A DNA stretch of 62,613 nt, filler included, from Deltaproteobacteria bacterium (GTDB lineage Bacteria > JAEEML01), in the NCBI GenBank assembly GCA_016283195.1. It is 6 parts of 6 records of this genome, joined end to end, with 100 filler letters (N's around TTAATTAATTAA, not from the genome) between each part and the next. Parts side by side here need not be neighbours in the genome. Positions count along the whole stretch, not along the records: positions 46,362 to 53,617 come from JAEEML010000174.1; positions 53,718 to 59,351 come from JAEEML010000176.1; 4 more parts are not named here. One strand, given 5' to 3'. Every line of letters begins with the position of its first letter. Positions within the stretch are counted from its first letter, which is position 1. A program made the position numbers and the translations under genes. The notes under the pieces were generated by a model. It did not search any database and was not told where the DNA came from. It saw nothing but the letters and a program-made list of their open reading frames with translations. Below are positions 49,505-59,451 of the stretch, one piece after another.

Positions 49505-49582
49505 TTTTGCACCTTGCGGCTAGCGCGTGTTAGTTGGCTTGGTGGCGGATTTGCCTATCTGGTATAGCATATCCAGCTTGGT

Positions 49583-49618
49583 AATATAGCACACTTTTGA
49601 TGATATGTCAATACTAAA
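49583..49618 (-). promoter_or_regulatory. Near-consensus sigma70 promoter
   Basis: TTGACA-17 bp-TATATT with TG extension. Confidence 0.7.
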
Positions 49619-49712
49619 GTGAAAAATTAAGCAAATAAGTTTGGTAAAGCCCGGGACAAAGTGGCTGCCGCAAAAATGGTAGCCGCAGTTTTCATCAGGA
49701 AAACTTTCTCTT

Positions 49713-50066
49713 TTATTTTAAGGCCTTTTCCCACTCTGTTACTTTGAATCCCACACAAACAGCTTGTTTTGTTATCAAAAGCGGGCGTTTTACCAGCATG
49801 CCATCACTGGCCAAAAGTTTAAATTGCTCATCTTCACTCATATTAGGCAGCTTGGCTGTCAGATTGAGCTCACGGTAAAGCATGCCGCTGGTGTTAAAAA
49901 AGCGTTTTAGCGGCAGGCCGCTTCGTGCATGGAGTTCGCGTAAGGTTTTTTCATCTGGATTTTGGGCTTTAATGTCGATTTTTTCGTAGGCCTGCTTTTG
50001 GGTATCAAGCCAGGCTAGGGCCTTTTTACAAGTTGTACATTTGTCGTAACAATAAACTTTAGTCAT
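49713..50066 (-). CDS. ArsC/Spx/YffB family protein
   Basis: C.TC.KA..WL, FFNTSG..YR, GMLVKRP. Confidence 0.9.
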   Translation of the reverse strand: MTKVYCYDKCTTCKKALAWLDTQKQAYEKIDIKAQNPDEKTLRELHARSGLPLKRFFNTSGMLYRELNLTAKLPNMSEDEQFKLLASDGMLVKRPLLITKQAVCVGFKVTEWEKALK

Positions 50067-50228
50067 TGGGCTGTCTCCATAATTAATCGCGCCCGCTATG
50101 GGCAACTTTGATATATAACTTTCCGACATGGTGTGACAATATGTAGCTTAGCTTCTTAACCATGAAGCGCTGAAAATACAGGCTAAGGCCTTTTGTAGAA
50201 GAGCTATTGCAAATAATGTCTGGTCTTA

Positions 50229-50702
50229 TTAAATACATTCATAACCTTTTGCTGCGCACCATTCCCTGATAGCCTGCTTTTCTGCCGCATCTCTAAAAGC
50301 GTACCAAGTTTGGCTTAAACCATGTCTGGCCACTGCATCGGTAAAACGCCTAAAAGCTCCTCTGCCGTGGATGGCCATTGATAGTAATTCGGCGAGATTA
50401 TCATCTTCTATTGTTTCAATGAAACGCACCATTGTGTCATAGCCATTGTAATCTATATTTATCGCAATAAATCGTTCCGGCTGCCTCTCCACATAATCGA
50501 AAAGCCATTTGGCTCTCGCTGTTTCATCAAGGTTATCTGGAATGAGCTCGTCATAAGCATCTGGTATACCTGCACACTCAATGCTTTCCTGTCCAAATAA
50601 AAAATTGAGCTCTAGGTCATATATAAGTTGATTCATTCTGGCATCTTCGGAGCCAAGCCATATTTGCACTTCATCAAGTTGGATTTTTTTCTTTTTGTCC
50701 AT
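50229..50702 (-). CDS. UPF0158 family protein
   Basis: Y..M..FI, AI.GRGAFRRF.D, WY.FR. Confidence 0.8.
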   Translation of the reverse strand: MDKKKKIQLDEVQIWLGSEDARMNQLIYDLELNFLFGQESIECAGIPDAYDELIPDNLDETARAKWLFDYVERQPERFIAINIDYNGYDTMVRFIETIEDDNLAELLSMAIHGRGAFRRFTDAVARHGLSQTWYAFRDAAEKQAIREWCAAKGYECI

Positions 50703-50827
50703 TTGTCAGTCCTCTAAGTGTGTAAGTTAACGTACCAACTATATTGGCCGCTAGCGAAACTATTTTAGCTAAGTGGTCAATATTTAGCAAGTTCGTCCGA
50801 ATATGGCGACTGGACGGCAGCTCCGGC

Positions 50828-50955
50828 TAAGCGGACCTCTCCTCCTAACTTATTGGATTTTTGCGGAAATCGATCCTCTGCCTGCGGCGCCCTCACCCCA
50901 CAAGTCGTGGAAATTATGGCATATCGCCCTCTCCATTTTTTACAAATAGCGAGGG
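50828..50955 (-). repeat. 128-bp dispersed repeat, copy 2
   Basis: Exact reverse complement of 33430-33557. Confidence 0.9.
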
Positions 50956-51344
50956 ATTCCAAAATGTGGCAGGGAGCATTTGATGTTGGCAGATTGAGTG
51001 AATCTGTGGCCTGATAGGGCGGGGAAGGTGGTGAATGTGTTATCTTTTTCTCTTTTCTTAACTGCGATGCCCGTTTTTGCTCGACTTTTTTCTTGATTTT
51101 CTTCTTTTTTTTGTGAAAACCTCCGCTACTTCCGTTTGCTCAGGTTTTCCACAAACCCCCTTCCGCCGCACGACCAAAGGACACCCTTGAAACCAGAGTA
51201 TTCAATAAAAATGGCTTTGTTTATGGTATGTTACAAAATTAGTCACTTCTGGATAGCCTTAAAAGCCAGAGGCCACACTTGAGAGCGGATCTGGGTAGTT
51301 GCCTCTGGCTTAGCCGGGGCGGTGCCCCGGCCCGGGCTCGGTGG

Positions 51345-51412
51345 CTATTGGCCTTCGATGGTGGCGATCTCTTCGGGGTTAGGGCGTAGAGGTTATAGAC
51401 CAGAGCATTTAT
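51345..51412 (-). pseudogene. Remnant C-terminus of a type IIG (Eco57I/TaqI-like) restriction-modification protein
   Basis: With one frameshift reads INALVYNLYALT(P)EEIATIEGQ*, resembling the IDxLVYxLYGLTxEEI tail of such enzymes. Confidence 0.55.
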
Positions 51413-51510
51413 GGGCTGGTGGGTGAGTTTGCGGCTCTTGCTACACAAACAGCGAAAATTATTTTTAATTCCTATTTACCGTTTGTTGCGGGACGAAAAT
51501 TCATCTGGAA

Positions 51511-52904
51511 TTAGTTTGATGCTTTGACTTCCCAGTGGCCGTTTTTGTCGGCACCCACTCTTTTAAGTATGCCATTTTTCTTTAATTCAGAAATAATTCT
51601 TCTTGTCTGCCGTTCGGATTTTTGGAGGGCATTTGCAATTTCCACAACATTTATAGCAGGATTCATGCGTATTATTTCAATTACCCTGTCATTTACCATG
51701 ACATTTACCCTGTCATTTGCCATGACATTTACCCTGTCATGATCAGTGACATTGCTCGCTTGTTTTCCTTTTTTCTCTTTTTTGTGCATTCCTTCGTGCT
51801 TTATTGCCGATTTATCAGCACGCTCTTTGTAAGATGGGCGATAAAAATTCACTCGGAGCAAATCACCTATTTCAAGAAATTCTGGTTTTTGCACATCATA
51901 ATTCGCACAAAGGGCCAAAATTCGTTTAAATCCCGACCCCCAGCCTTCAAGCACATCAATTTTTTCCAAGGTACGGGCAAGTGTTTGATTTCTTATGGAA
52001 GAACGCCCACTTAAAGCTTCTTCAAGTGTGAGAGTACCATACCAACTGCCGGGTGAAGAGATTTCAACGCGGTCATCATATACTGCAACCTGTATACTTG
52101 CTGCTTGCTGATAATTTCTGTGAATTGCGGCATTGATTATCAGCTCACGAATTGCTTGGGCCGGAAGCTCATAATGTTCTGTATGAACAATGCCATTAAT
52201 TTCGATAGCCATGTGCAAATGATTAAGCACAAATTTATATGCATTGTCTATTTGTTCACAGAGTGGCCCCTCATAATCTTTTTTATCCAGAAAATCCACA
52301 CGCTCTTTTCCGCGAAAACGCGCACATTGAATACGCGATGTGTAGGCATGTTTCCCGAGCAGAATCGCATAGGCATTCGTAGCAATATTTTTGTCATTCC
52401 CGATAAGTAAATTAAAATTTTCTAAATCTTTTCTGGTAATTTCACGCTTTGCCCGCTCAGAAAAATCTTTACAAAGGTAAGCAATATCTGATTCAGTAAC
52501 AGGTAGATTTGTGTATGGAAGGGCATCATAAAAAATATGGCGACCACGGTTTATGAGTTCATCAAGTGATATCCAGTCAGCATTGCGAGTCGTAGTTCCA
52601 AGGCGAATATATGTGCCGTTTTCTTTGCCTTGTGATTTGATGTAATATGGTGTCGCATTTCCCGGAAATACTTGCACTGTCAATATCTGCTTATCGTCAA
52701 TAGACTCAGGTGAAATGTCAAACATAATTTGCGGAGTGTACATCTGAGAAATCGTATCGGATATTTTGTCCTTGAGTTCCGTCCACCGGCTCCGTTGGCA
52801 AAAGCCACAATGGTCTTTATCCATTTTATGGAATCGGTCGGGAGTTCTTTTTTGAACTCAAGTGTGCGTGTTTCGCCGTTCTTAATTTTTTCGAGTAAAC
52901 TCAT
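51511..52904 (-). pseudogene. Frameshifted AlbA_2 (Schlafen-like)-HATPase_c_4-HTH protein
   Basis: N-terminal GE...LEFK...KTIVAFANGAGG in one frame; AIRELIINA.IHRNY, DDRVEI.SPG, G.GSG, HTH, G.W in another; break near 52780-52790. Confidence 0.75.
51681..51752. repeat. 3 x 24-bp coding tandem repeat
   Basis: TTACCCTGTCATTT(A/G)CCATGACAT units encoding NVM(A/V)NDRV. Confidence 0.85.
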
Positions 52905-53250
52905 TGCCTTTACCTTCCAACCCACAACCTTTATCTCATTCATGGTTAGCCCATATAAGCACTATGGCAGGTGTGCTTTAGCTCACCCCGGCGGGCGCAG
53001 TATAGCAGAAGAGCGTCGGGGCGGGGAAGGGCTATTTGAGGGCCGGGGACTAGCCTAATTGCTCCCTTATGGGGCGATGCAGGGAAAATAGGCTTTTGGT
53101 TAGCTTGCGGCGTGGCCTCTTTTTTCTTAACTGCGCTGCCCGTTTCTGGCGACTCTTTTACTTGATTTTATTCTGCTTTTTCTTTTTTTTCGGGGAGGAA
53201 CCACGCTACTTTAGTTATCCCTCACCCCACAAAATATATGTAAATTCAAT

Positions 53251-53617
53251 TGGAACTGTACCCCATTTGGTAGACACATCCCCCTGAGGGGTAGCCGTCT
53301 TTCCCATGTTATCTAGTACGACATTTGAGAGACTCTGCTTCATATCCTCTTCCTATTTTTTATTCTTCCATAGAGTCATTGTCGCCTAAGTTCTCCTTAT
53401 ACCCTTTAGAGTATTTTCGCCTATCCTGTATTGGGTAAATCCCAGACAGTCGGTATTCATAATACTCTTTCGGTGATAGTTTTAGCAAATCCCATTGGTA
53501 CCTTTCGTTGTTGTAGTATTCCATCCAGTCTTCTAATATTTTTTCTACCTCCTCATAAGTTTTACAACTCTTTATGATTGTTGCTATTTCGTCTTTCATG
53601 TGCCCGAAGAAACTTTC
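53251..53617 (-). mobile_element. IS3-family element right end (transposase C-terminus and terminal IR), truncated at contig end
   Basis: ESFFGHMKDE...YYNNERYQ..L..LSP integrase-core tail (53360-53617); IR-like TGGAACTGTACCCCATTTGGTAGACA at 53251-53276. Confidence 0.82.
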
Positions 53618-53717
53618 NNNNNNNNNNNNNNNNNNNNNNNNNNNNNNNNNNNNNNNNNNNNTTAATTAATTAANNNNNNNNNNNNNNNNNNNNNNNNNNN
53701 NNNNNNNNNNNNNNNNN
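53618..53717. other. Artificial contig linker
   Basis: N44-TTAATTAATTAA-N44. Confidence 0.99.
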
Positions 53718-53763
53718 CGCACCATAGCCGGAGATTCAAAAGAGGGCCTTTTATTCATGGTTT

Positions 53764-54843
53764 TTAGTGGTGGCAACCGTGACAGTGCTCACAATCATCA
53801 TCTTCGCAATCATCGTTGCTGCAGCACTCGTTTTGCTCATCGAGAATTTCATCAACTGTTGGTAATTCTTCGCTTATTTTGTGTTTTATACCTATTTGTT
53901 TCAGCGCCGGGCCGTATATTTCCACAAAAGCGTCATTGGGGCATTTGATGAGTTCCGGCAGAGTTTCGCGGCTTTTAAAGAGTTTTACCAAAACATCGTG
54001 GGCCGCCTCTTCAAGTTTTGCCGGTTCCCAAATATCATCAATGAGCGAGAGTGGCTTGCCTTCTTCGCAGGCAATTAGTTGCATAGGAATATAAGCCGGC
54101 TCACCGGGGCTCACTATATTGGTATAAGTGATGACCATTTCAAAAATGCCGCTGCGCTTTTTGGCTTTAAATTCGGCCAGTTCAGCATCGGTTAGTTTAA
54201 TTGGCTCTTTGGCGGGAATATTGGCATCGGGGAATAGCCAGCGTTCTTCCCAAGCGCCTTTTTCCTGCCTGTCCGGCACAAAGGTGAGCACCAGATTCTC
54301 GCCGCCGTTTATTTTTTTGTTTGATTTTAGGCACTTTTTGTCTTTTGCATAGCGCTTGCCGACTTCTTTAAGCCGCTCCATGAGCTGCATAGTAAATTCA
54401 AGTTCGGCGCTATTTATTTTGCCGGGCATATAGCCGGGATGAAAACTGCGCACTAGAGGATAGAGAGCATCCGGGTTGATGGTGCCACCACAGAGTTCTT
54501 TGAAAAGCTCTATTTCCTCTTCATCGCAGAAATTCTCCAAATCGGCTCCTTCTTCAAAGGAGAGCATCAAAGCGTCTTGCGACAAAAGATATCCCTCTTC
54601 ATCCTGATCGAGCTCACCCATTTGCAGCATGGCGAGTGTCATCATGCCATGCGGACCGCGATAGGCCAAAAAGCCGTCAACATCTTCATCCTCACCCAAA
54701 ACGGAGACATAACAAGGCACACCGTCTTGCGGGTTTTTTACGGAAAAGATCTCTTCTTCCGGAATAGATTTCCACTCTTTAGCGGCTTGCAATTCTTTGG
54801 CCGCCTTAAAAAATTCCTGCCATTTTTCTTTGCTGATACTCAT
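53764..54843 (-). CDS. Conserved hypothetical protein with Cys/His/Asp-rich C-terminal tail
   Basis: 359-aa ORF; YP..RS..PG..P motif; ends CCSNDDCEDDDCEHCHGCHH. Confidence 0.65.
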   Translation of the reverse strand: MSISKEKWQEFFKAAKELQAAKEWKSIPEEEIFSVKNPQDGVPCYVSVLGEDEDVDGFLAYRGPHGMMTLAMLQMGELDQDEEGYLLSQDALMLSFEEGADLENFCDEEEIELFKELCGGTINPDALYPLVRSFHPGYMPGKINSAELEFTMQLMERLKEVGKRYAKDKKCLKSNKKINGGENLVLTFVPDRQEKGAWEERWLFPDANIPAKEPIKLTDAELAEFKAKKRSGIFEMVITYTNIVSPGEPAYIPMQLIACEEGKPLSLIDDIWEPAKLEEAAHDVLVKLFKSRETLPELIKCPNDAFVEIYGPALKQIGIKHKISEELPTVDEILDEQNECCSNDDCEDDDCEHCHGCHH

Positions 54844-55033
54844 GTAAAACCTTACTAAGGAGTTATTTCCTCAAAGCTAGGGGTTTTCCCCGTTACCGCG
54901 CTCTTAGTAGCACAAGAGAGCACATTTATTCCAGCCCCGATTTTAAGTTGCCGCAATTTTCCGTTTTTTATTGCATAACGTCCATCTTTGTAGGATATTA
55001 GCGCCCAGGTGCGCCGCTATGTGGAGGAAAGCG

Positions 55034-55552
55034 ATGAAAGAGCAGCAGCTGGTAAAAGTAACCGTTCCCTCAAAATGGGGTGATATCGCCATTTTTTGCA
55101 GTGATCTCGGAATTGCCAAATTGCTATTACCAAAAAGCAAAGAGGATGTGGAAAAATATTTTACACGCTATTTCGGAGCTCACAAGATAATTGACGGCAC
55201 ATCGGCGCTAGCCACTTTCGCCGCCGAGGAAATTACGCAATATCTTGCCGGAAATCTTAAAAAATTTGATTCTCCCTGTGATTTGCGTCTCACGCCGTTT
55301 GCCCAGAGAGTTTTGCATGAATTACAGCAAATTCCTTATGGCACCACTATAAGTTATGCCGATTTGGCCGAACATTGCGGTAATCCGCGGGCTTTTCGCG
55401 CTGTCGGCTGGGCCATGGCCAATAATCCGATACCTATCGTTATTCCCTGCCATCGCGTTATCAATGCCAACGGCAAATTAGGCAATTACAGCGGCGGTAT
55501 AGCCATGAAAAAGGCCCTTTTGGCTCTGGAAACAAAGGCCTCCGGCAAATGA
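55034..55552 (+). CDS. ogt: Methylated-DNA-protein-cysteine methyltransferase
   Basis: IPYG.T.SY, RAVG.A...NP.PIVIPCHRVI, K..LL.LE. Confidence 0.95.
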   Translation: MKEQQLVKVTVPSKWGDIAIFCSDLGIAKLLLPKSKEDVEKYFTRYFGAHKIIDGTSALATFAAEEITQYLAGNLKKFDSPCDLRLTPFAQRVLHELQQIPYGTTISYADLAEHCGNPRAFRAVGWAMANNPIPIVIPCHRVINANGKLGNYSGGIAMKKALLALETKASGK

Positions 55553-56217
55553 AAAATCCCCAAAATGTACGGGCGGCCAAAATTGCCTCCGTGCGCTCTG
55601 TGAGTGAAGCTCCGCAGCATAGCTGGCCGGAGGTGGCTTTTGTTGGGCGCAGTAATGTAGGTAAATCATCTCTGCTTACCATGCTTACCGGCCTGCGCAA
55701 TTTGGCTCCCGTTTCCAAAACTCCCGGGCGTACCAAAAGCCTGGGCTTTTATGCGCTTAAAAACCCGGAGCTGTGTCTGGTGGATCTCCCAGGGTATGGT
55801 TGGGCGCAGCTTGGCCAGGATATGCGCCGCCAAATTGCCACCATGATTAGCGATTATGTAACCACGCGCAGCAATTTACTGGGCCTTATTTTGCTGATTG
55901 ATGCCCGCCGTGCCGAGCTCACAGATGATGATTGGGCGATGGTGAAGCTGGCGATGGAGGCAGAGCGCGCCCTCCTGGTGGTGCTCACCAAGAGCGATAA
56001 ATTATCCAAAAATCAGCTGTCCCAAGCCAGAATGGCAGTAGAAAAAGCGCTGGAAATTCCCAAAGGCAGCATTATTCCGGTGAGCTCTCTTAACGGCACT
56101 GGCAAAAAAGAGCTGTGGGTGCAAATTACGCAGCTTTTGAAGGCCTCCAAAGAGCCGGCAGAAGCTACCGATGAGGCCGCTACTACCGGCGAAGATTCGG
56201 CGGCGACGGCGGAGTAA
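55549..56217 (+). CDS. engB: Ribosome biogenesis GTPase YihA/EngB
   Basis: GRSNVGKSS, SKTPGRT, DLPGYG, TK.DK. Confidence 0.95.
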   Translation: MKNPQNVRAAKIASVRSVSEAPQHSWPEVAFVGRSNVGKSSLLTMLTGLRNLAPVSKTPGRTKSLGFYALKNPELCLVDLPGYGWAQLGQDMRRQIATMISDYVTTRSNLLGLILLIDARRAELTDDDWAMVKLAMEAERALLVVLTKSDKLSKNQLSQARMAVEKALEIPKGSIIPVSSLNGTGKKELWVQITQLLKASKEPAEATDEAATTGEDSAATAE

Positions 56218-56221
56218 TTTT

Positions 56222-56737
56222 TTGTTTTCCCTACATACATGGCTAATCATTATTTGTTTGGCCTACACAGTAGCCGAATTAAGCAACCATTTTCGCATTA
56301 CGCGAACGCTCCTGCGCCTTATTCTATTGCCTTTTTCCCTTTGGGAACTCCTAGTAAAACGGCTAATGCGTAAGATTTTTCCGCCGGTTTTTCCCATAAC
56401 CGGCAGTTGCCACATGTGCGGGCGCTGTTGTCAGAACATCATTGGCAATCCGCCGATGTTTATTCGTAAATACCGCCTGTTTACTTCGCTTTATATGCTT
56501 TGGCACAGTGTAATTCATGATTTTGAGGCTTATGCCCGCGGCCCTGAAGGTGAGATAATTTTTCGTTGCCGTCTTTTGGGTGCCGACCATATTTGCCGCG
56601 CTTATTGGCTACGGCCGGCTGTTTGCCGTGATTTTCCTTATCAATATTGGTTTGAGCAGCCGCGTTTTATCGAAGGTTGCGGCTTTAAAAGCGGTGAGCC
56701 AAAGCTAAACCCCCCGCCAAGCGGCAAAGTTGAATAG
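56222..56737 (+). CDS. YkgJ family CxxCxxCC cysteine-cluster protein (start uncertain)
   Basis: CHMCGRCC, C..L....C..Y..RP.VCRDFP. Confidence 0.75.
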   Translation: MFSLHTWLIIICLAYTVAELSNHFRITRTLLRLILLPFSLWELLVKRLMRKIFPPVFPITGSCHMCGRCCQNIIGNPPMFIRKYRLFTSLYMLWHSVIHDFEAYARGPEGEIIFRCRLLGADHICRAYWLRPAVCRDFPYQYWFEQPRFIEGCGFKSGEPKLNPPPSGKVE

Positions 56738-56839
56738 CTTATGGGGCGAGTAGGGCGCCATTATTTTTTCCCTTGCCTCCATGTCTTGTGTACCGCTAAA
56801 ATAGCGGCCTGCTGTCTTATGGCAGAAAAGGAGTTAACC

Positions 56840-57226
56840 ATGAAATACCTTGTCCGTTCTCTTTTAGCTACACTTTGTCTTTTGCCTCTGGCTGCGTGCG
56901 ATGGCGGCACCAACCTTTGTATTGAGGAATACAACTGCTCCGATGCTTGGTGCGAACGCGACTACAGCCAAAGCCTCGAGAGTTGTCACAAGTATTTTGC
57001 CGACCGCTATGACAGATGCCTTGATGACATGAATTATATCCAGAAAAATGAGCGCCCATCCTGCTATGATGCTTATAATAACCTAAATAATTGCATTTTT
57101 GCTCACACTACCTGCGGTGAAAGCCTGGATGTTTATCAGCACCGCGTCGATAGTATCGAGCAAAACGAATGTAGAAATGAGTTAAATACTTATTATGATG
57201 TTTGTGAAGGGCGCTATAACTATTAA
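56840..57226 (+). CDS. Cys-rich lipoprotein, hypothetical
   Basis: AAGGAG SD; lipobox LAAC. Confidence 0.65.
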   Translation: MKYLVRSLLATLCLLPLAACDGGTNLCIEEYNCSDAWCERDYSQSLESCHKYFADRYDRCLDDMNYIQKNERPSCYDAYNNLNNCIFAHTTCGESLDVYQHRVDSIEQNECRNELNTYYDVCEGRYNY

Positions 57227-57243
57227 TTTAGTAATTTAGTAAT

Positions 57244-57573
57244 TTAGTTTTTGGGGCAGCTTTTCTGAACTTTTCCCGAAAAACAAACCACTTCAATATT
57301 ATCCTGGCAAATCTTAGGGCCAATGCCCTTTACCTGCATCAGTGTTTGCCAATTGCGGAAGCCCCAGGTTTTGCGGCCCTCTTTGGTGGCTTTGGTGCGC
57401 TCTTTTTTGCGATAATCAATAATGCGTTGGGCTAAATCCTCACCTACACCTTTAAGAGCGGTGAGCTCTTTGGCGGAGGCTTTGTCAACATCAATACACT
57501 TGGGAGCCGCTATAGCCGATGAAGAAAGAGTCAATAAAAGAGCGGATAAAGCAAGAGAAAACAGTTTTTTCAT
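57244..57573 (-). CDS. ComEA-like helix-hairpin-helix DNA-binding protein
   Basis: Signal peptide; AS..EL..L.GVG..LAQRII.YR, L..VKGIG.K. Confidence 0.85.
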   Translation of the reverse strand: MKKLFSLALSALLLTLSSSAIAAPKCIDVDKASAKELTALKGVGEDLAQRIIDYRKKERTKATKEGRKTWGFRNWQTLMQVKGIGPKICQDNIEVVCFSGKVQKSCPKN

Positions 57574-57629
57574 GAGAAACCCTCCTTAAAAATATACTTT
57601 ATGAAAATAGGGCGGAGATGTCCAGATCT

Positions 57630-57890
57630 TTAATCGGTCACGCGAAAATCAACATATTCAAGTTGCAATTTGGCAATAAGCTCGTTTAATACTTGCGCTT
57701 CTTTGTCGCTGAGATTGCCCACTGTTTTTTCGCGGAGCATTAGCAATACATCTATAAATTCTTTGGCCAAAAGCGGATCGGGTTGGATATTTTCCTGACC
57801 GGGAATAGTACCCTTTCCAAGGGCAGCCAAAGCATTGGCACCCAGAGATATTATGAAAGACTCAAAGGTAATAGCCGCTGAAGACGTCAC
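57630..57890 (-). CDS. DUF1844 family protein
   Basis: F..FI.SL...AL..LG, A...ID.L..L.EKT.GNL...E. Confidence 0.8.
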   Translation of the reverse strand: MTSSAAITFESFIISLGANALAALGKGTIPGQENIQPDPLLAKEFIDVLLMLREKTVGNLSDKEAQVLNELIAKLQLEYVDFRVTD

Positions 57891-57902
57891 GGTTGAGAAC
57901 GA

Positions 57903-58115
57903 TTAAGCGCTGGGAGCAGTAGTGGCCGGTTCTTCCGCTTCGTTAGCCGGTTTTTCAACACCTGGCCAAAGAGTCTCACACTCGGCAACTTTATCGGCTA
58001 AATCGGGCAGGGCATCAATATGGGCAGTGAGCTCTTCGCTGCTTAAAATTCCGTGCTTGATGAGACGCTCTGTAACACGTACATCAAAGCTCTTAGGCAT
58101 ACAACGAGGATTCAT
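57903..58115 (-). CDS. Small conserved hypothetical protein
   Basis: D.R..ER....G.....E...H...LPD pattern; AGGAG SD. Confidence 0.6.
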   Translation of the reverse strand: MNPRCMPKSFDVRVTERLIKHGILSSEELTAHIDALPDLADKVAECETLWPGVEKPANEAEEPATTAPSA

Positions 58116-58141
58116 TGGCTAACTCCTAATTGCAGAGCTAC

Positions 58142-58423
58142 TTACTTGTTGAGTTTTAAATAATCGCGGAGCTCTTGACCAACTTTAAAGACAATACCTT
58201 TTTTGGGGCCAACCTCAACATTGGCGCCGCTTTTGGGATTGCGGCCGGTATAGCCTTCATAGGATTTAATTTTAAAAGAGGCAAAACCTCTGATTTCAAT
58301 TTTGTCACCCTTAGCCAATTCCTCTGACATAGAAGCAAAAACAGTATCGACAACTTGTTTTGCTTTGGTCACGGAGATGTTGGAACGTTCGGCTAGTTTC
58401 TTCACTAAATCGGATTTTTTCAT
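58142..58423 (-). CDS. HU/IHF family DNA-binding protein (IHF-beta-like)
   Basis: MKKSDL, IEIRGF.SF, GRNPKSG. Confidence 0.92.
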   Translation of the reverse strand: MKKSDLVKKLAERSNISVTKAKQVVDTVFASMSEELAKGDKIEIRGFASFKIKSYEGYTGRNPKSGANVEVGPKKGIVFKVGQELRDYLKLNK

Positions 58424-58556
58424 AATCACAACCTCGTTAAGTTTTGGGCTTTATTTACTGCCCGTTAAGCGGGCAACATAAACAAAAAATGCAATAAGTG
58501 CAAGTAAAAAAAAGCCCGACCTTAACTCGAACGCCGGGCCGTATAAAAGAACTCGG

Positions 58557-58628
<72 letters not shown>

Positions 58629-58719
58629 TCAGTCGCAAGGGGGCTTATATAAAAAGCGTTTTTAAATTGCAAGAAAAAAATGCATTTATTTTGAAAAAAT
58701 ATTTATAGCAGGGCTAACT

Positions 58720-59351
58720 CTAAGCATTTGCAAGGTTTTTTATGAATGCGGCCAAATCTTCCGGGCCGGCGGCCGGCGGATATTTGGCGATCCATTTATC
58801 AAGAGCTGCCAAAAATGCAGTTGCGGTGGCAAAACGGCGGCCGGGGTGCTTATTTAGCACTTTGTCCAGGAACCATTTCAGGCGCCAGGGCATGTCGGGG
58901 CGGTATTTACGCGGGTTCTCGTACTTGGCGTCGCGGATTTTGAGCATTATTTCCAGCTCTGTCTGCCCGGTGTAGCAGTTTTGGCGTGTTAAAAGTTCGT
59001 AGAGAATAATGGCCGCGCAGTAGAGGTCTATTGTTTGGGTGACGGGGGCGCCGCGCATCTGTTCCGGGGTAAAATAGCCCAGTTTGCCCTTGATATTGCC
59101 GCTTATTGTCCACGATTCCACGCCCACCAGCTTGGCAACGCCAAAATCGCCCAGTTTTACTGTGCCATCATGGGAAATCCAGATGTTTGACGGAGTAATA
59201 TCGCGGTGCACAATACCGAGCGGCTTGCCGGAGAGCGACTTGGCGCCGTGAATGTATTCCAGCCCCTTTAAAATCTCGTGGGTGATGTAAAAGGCAATAT
59301 TGAAGGGAATAATCACTTTTTTGGCAATGGCCGTCAGGATGATGTTGGAGA
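58720..59351 (-). CDS. Ser/Thr protein kinase, C-terminal part (5' truncated)
   Basis: HRDITPSN, DFGVAK, GKLGYFTPEQ. Confidence 0.88.
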
Positions 59352-59451
59352 NNNNNNNNNNNNNNNNNNNNNNNNNNNNNNNNNNNNNNNNNNNNTTAAT
59401 TAATTAANNNNNNNNNNNNNNNNNNNNNNNNNNNNNNNNNNNNNNNNNNNN
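59352..59451. other. Artificial contig linker
   Basis: N44-TTAATTAATTAA-N44. Confidence 0.99.

Noticed and set aside
40619-50066. Arsenic resistance system from the ArsA-like and ArsC-like genes
   Set aside because: Different contigs; no arsB, acr3 or arsR; motifs fit Get3-like and Spx/YffB-like families
50777-50962. 61-aa ORF (and 64-aa ORF 11746-11940)
   Set aside because: Both lie over the non-coding dispersed repeat
46362-53250. Integron cassette array explaining co-oriented accessory genes
   Set aside because: No recurring attC sites or intI seen, and several genes have their own promoters
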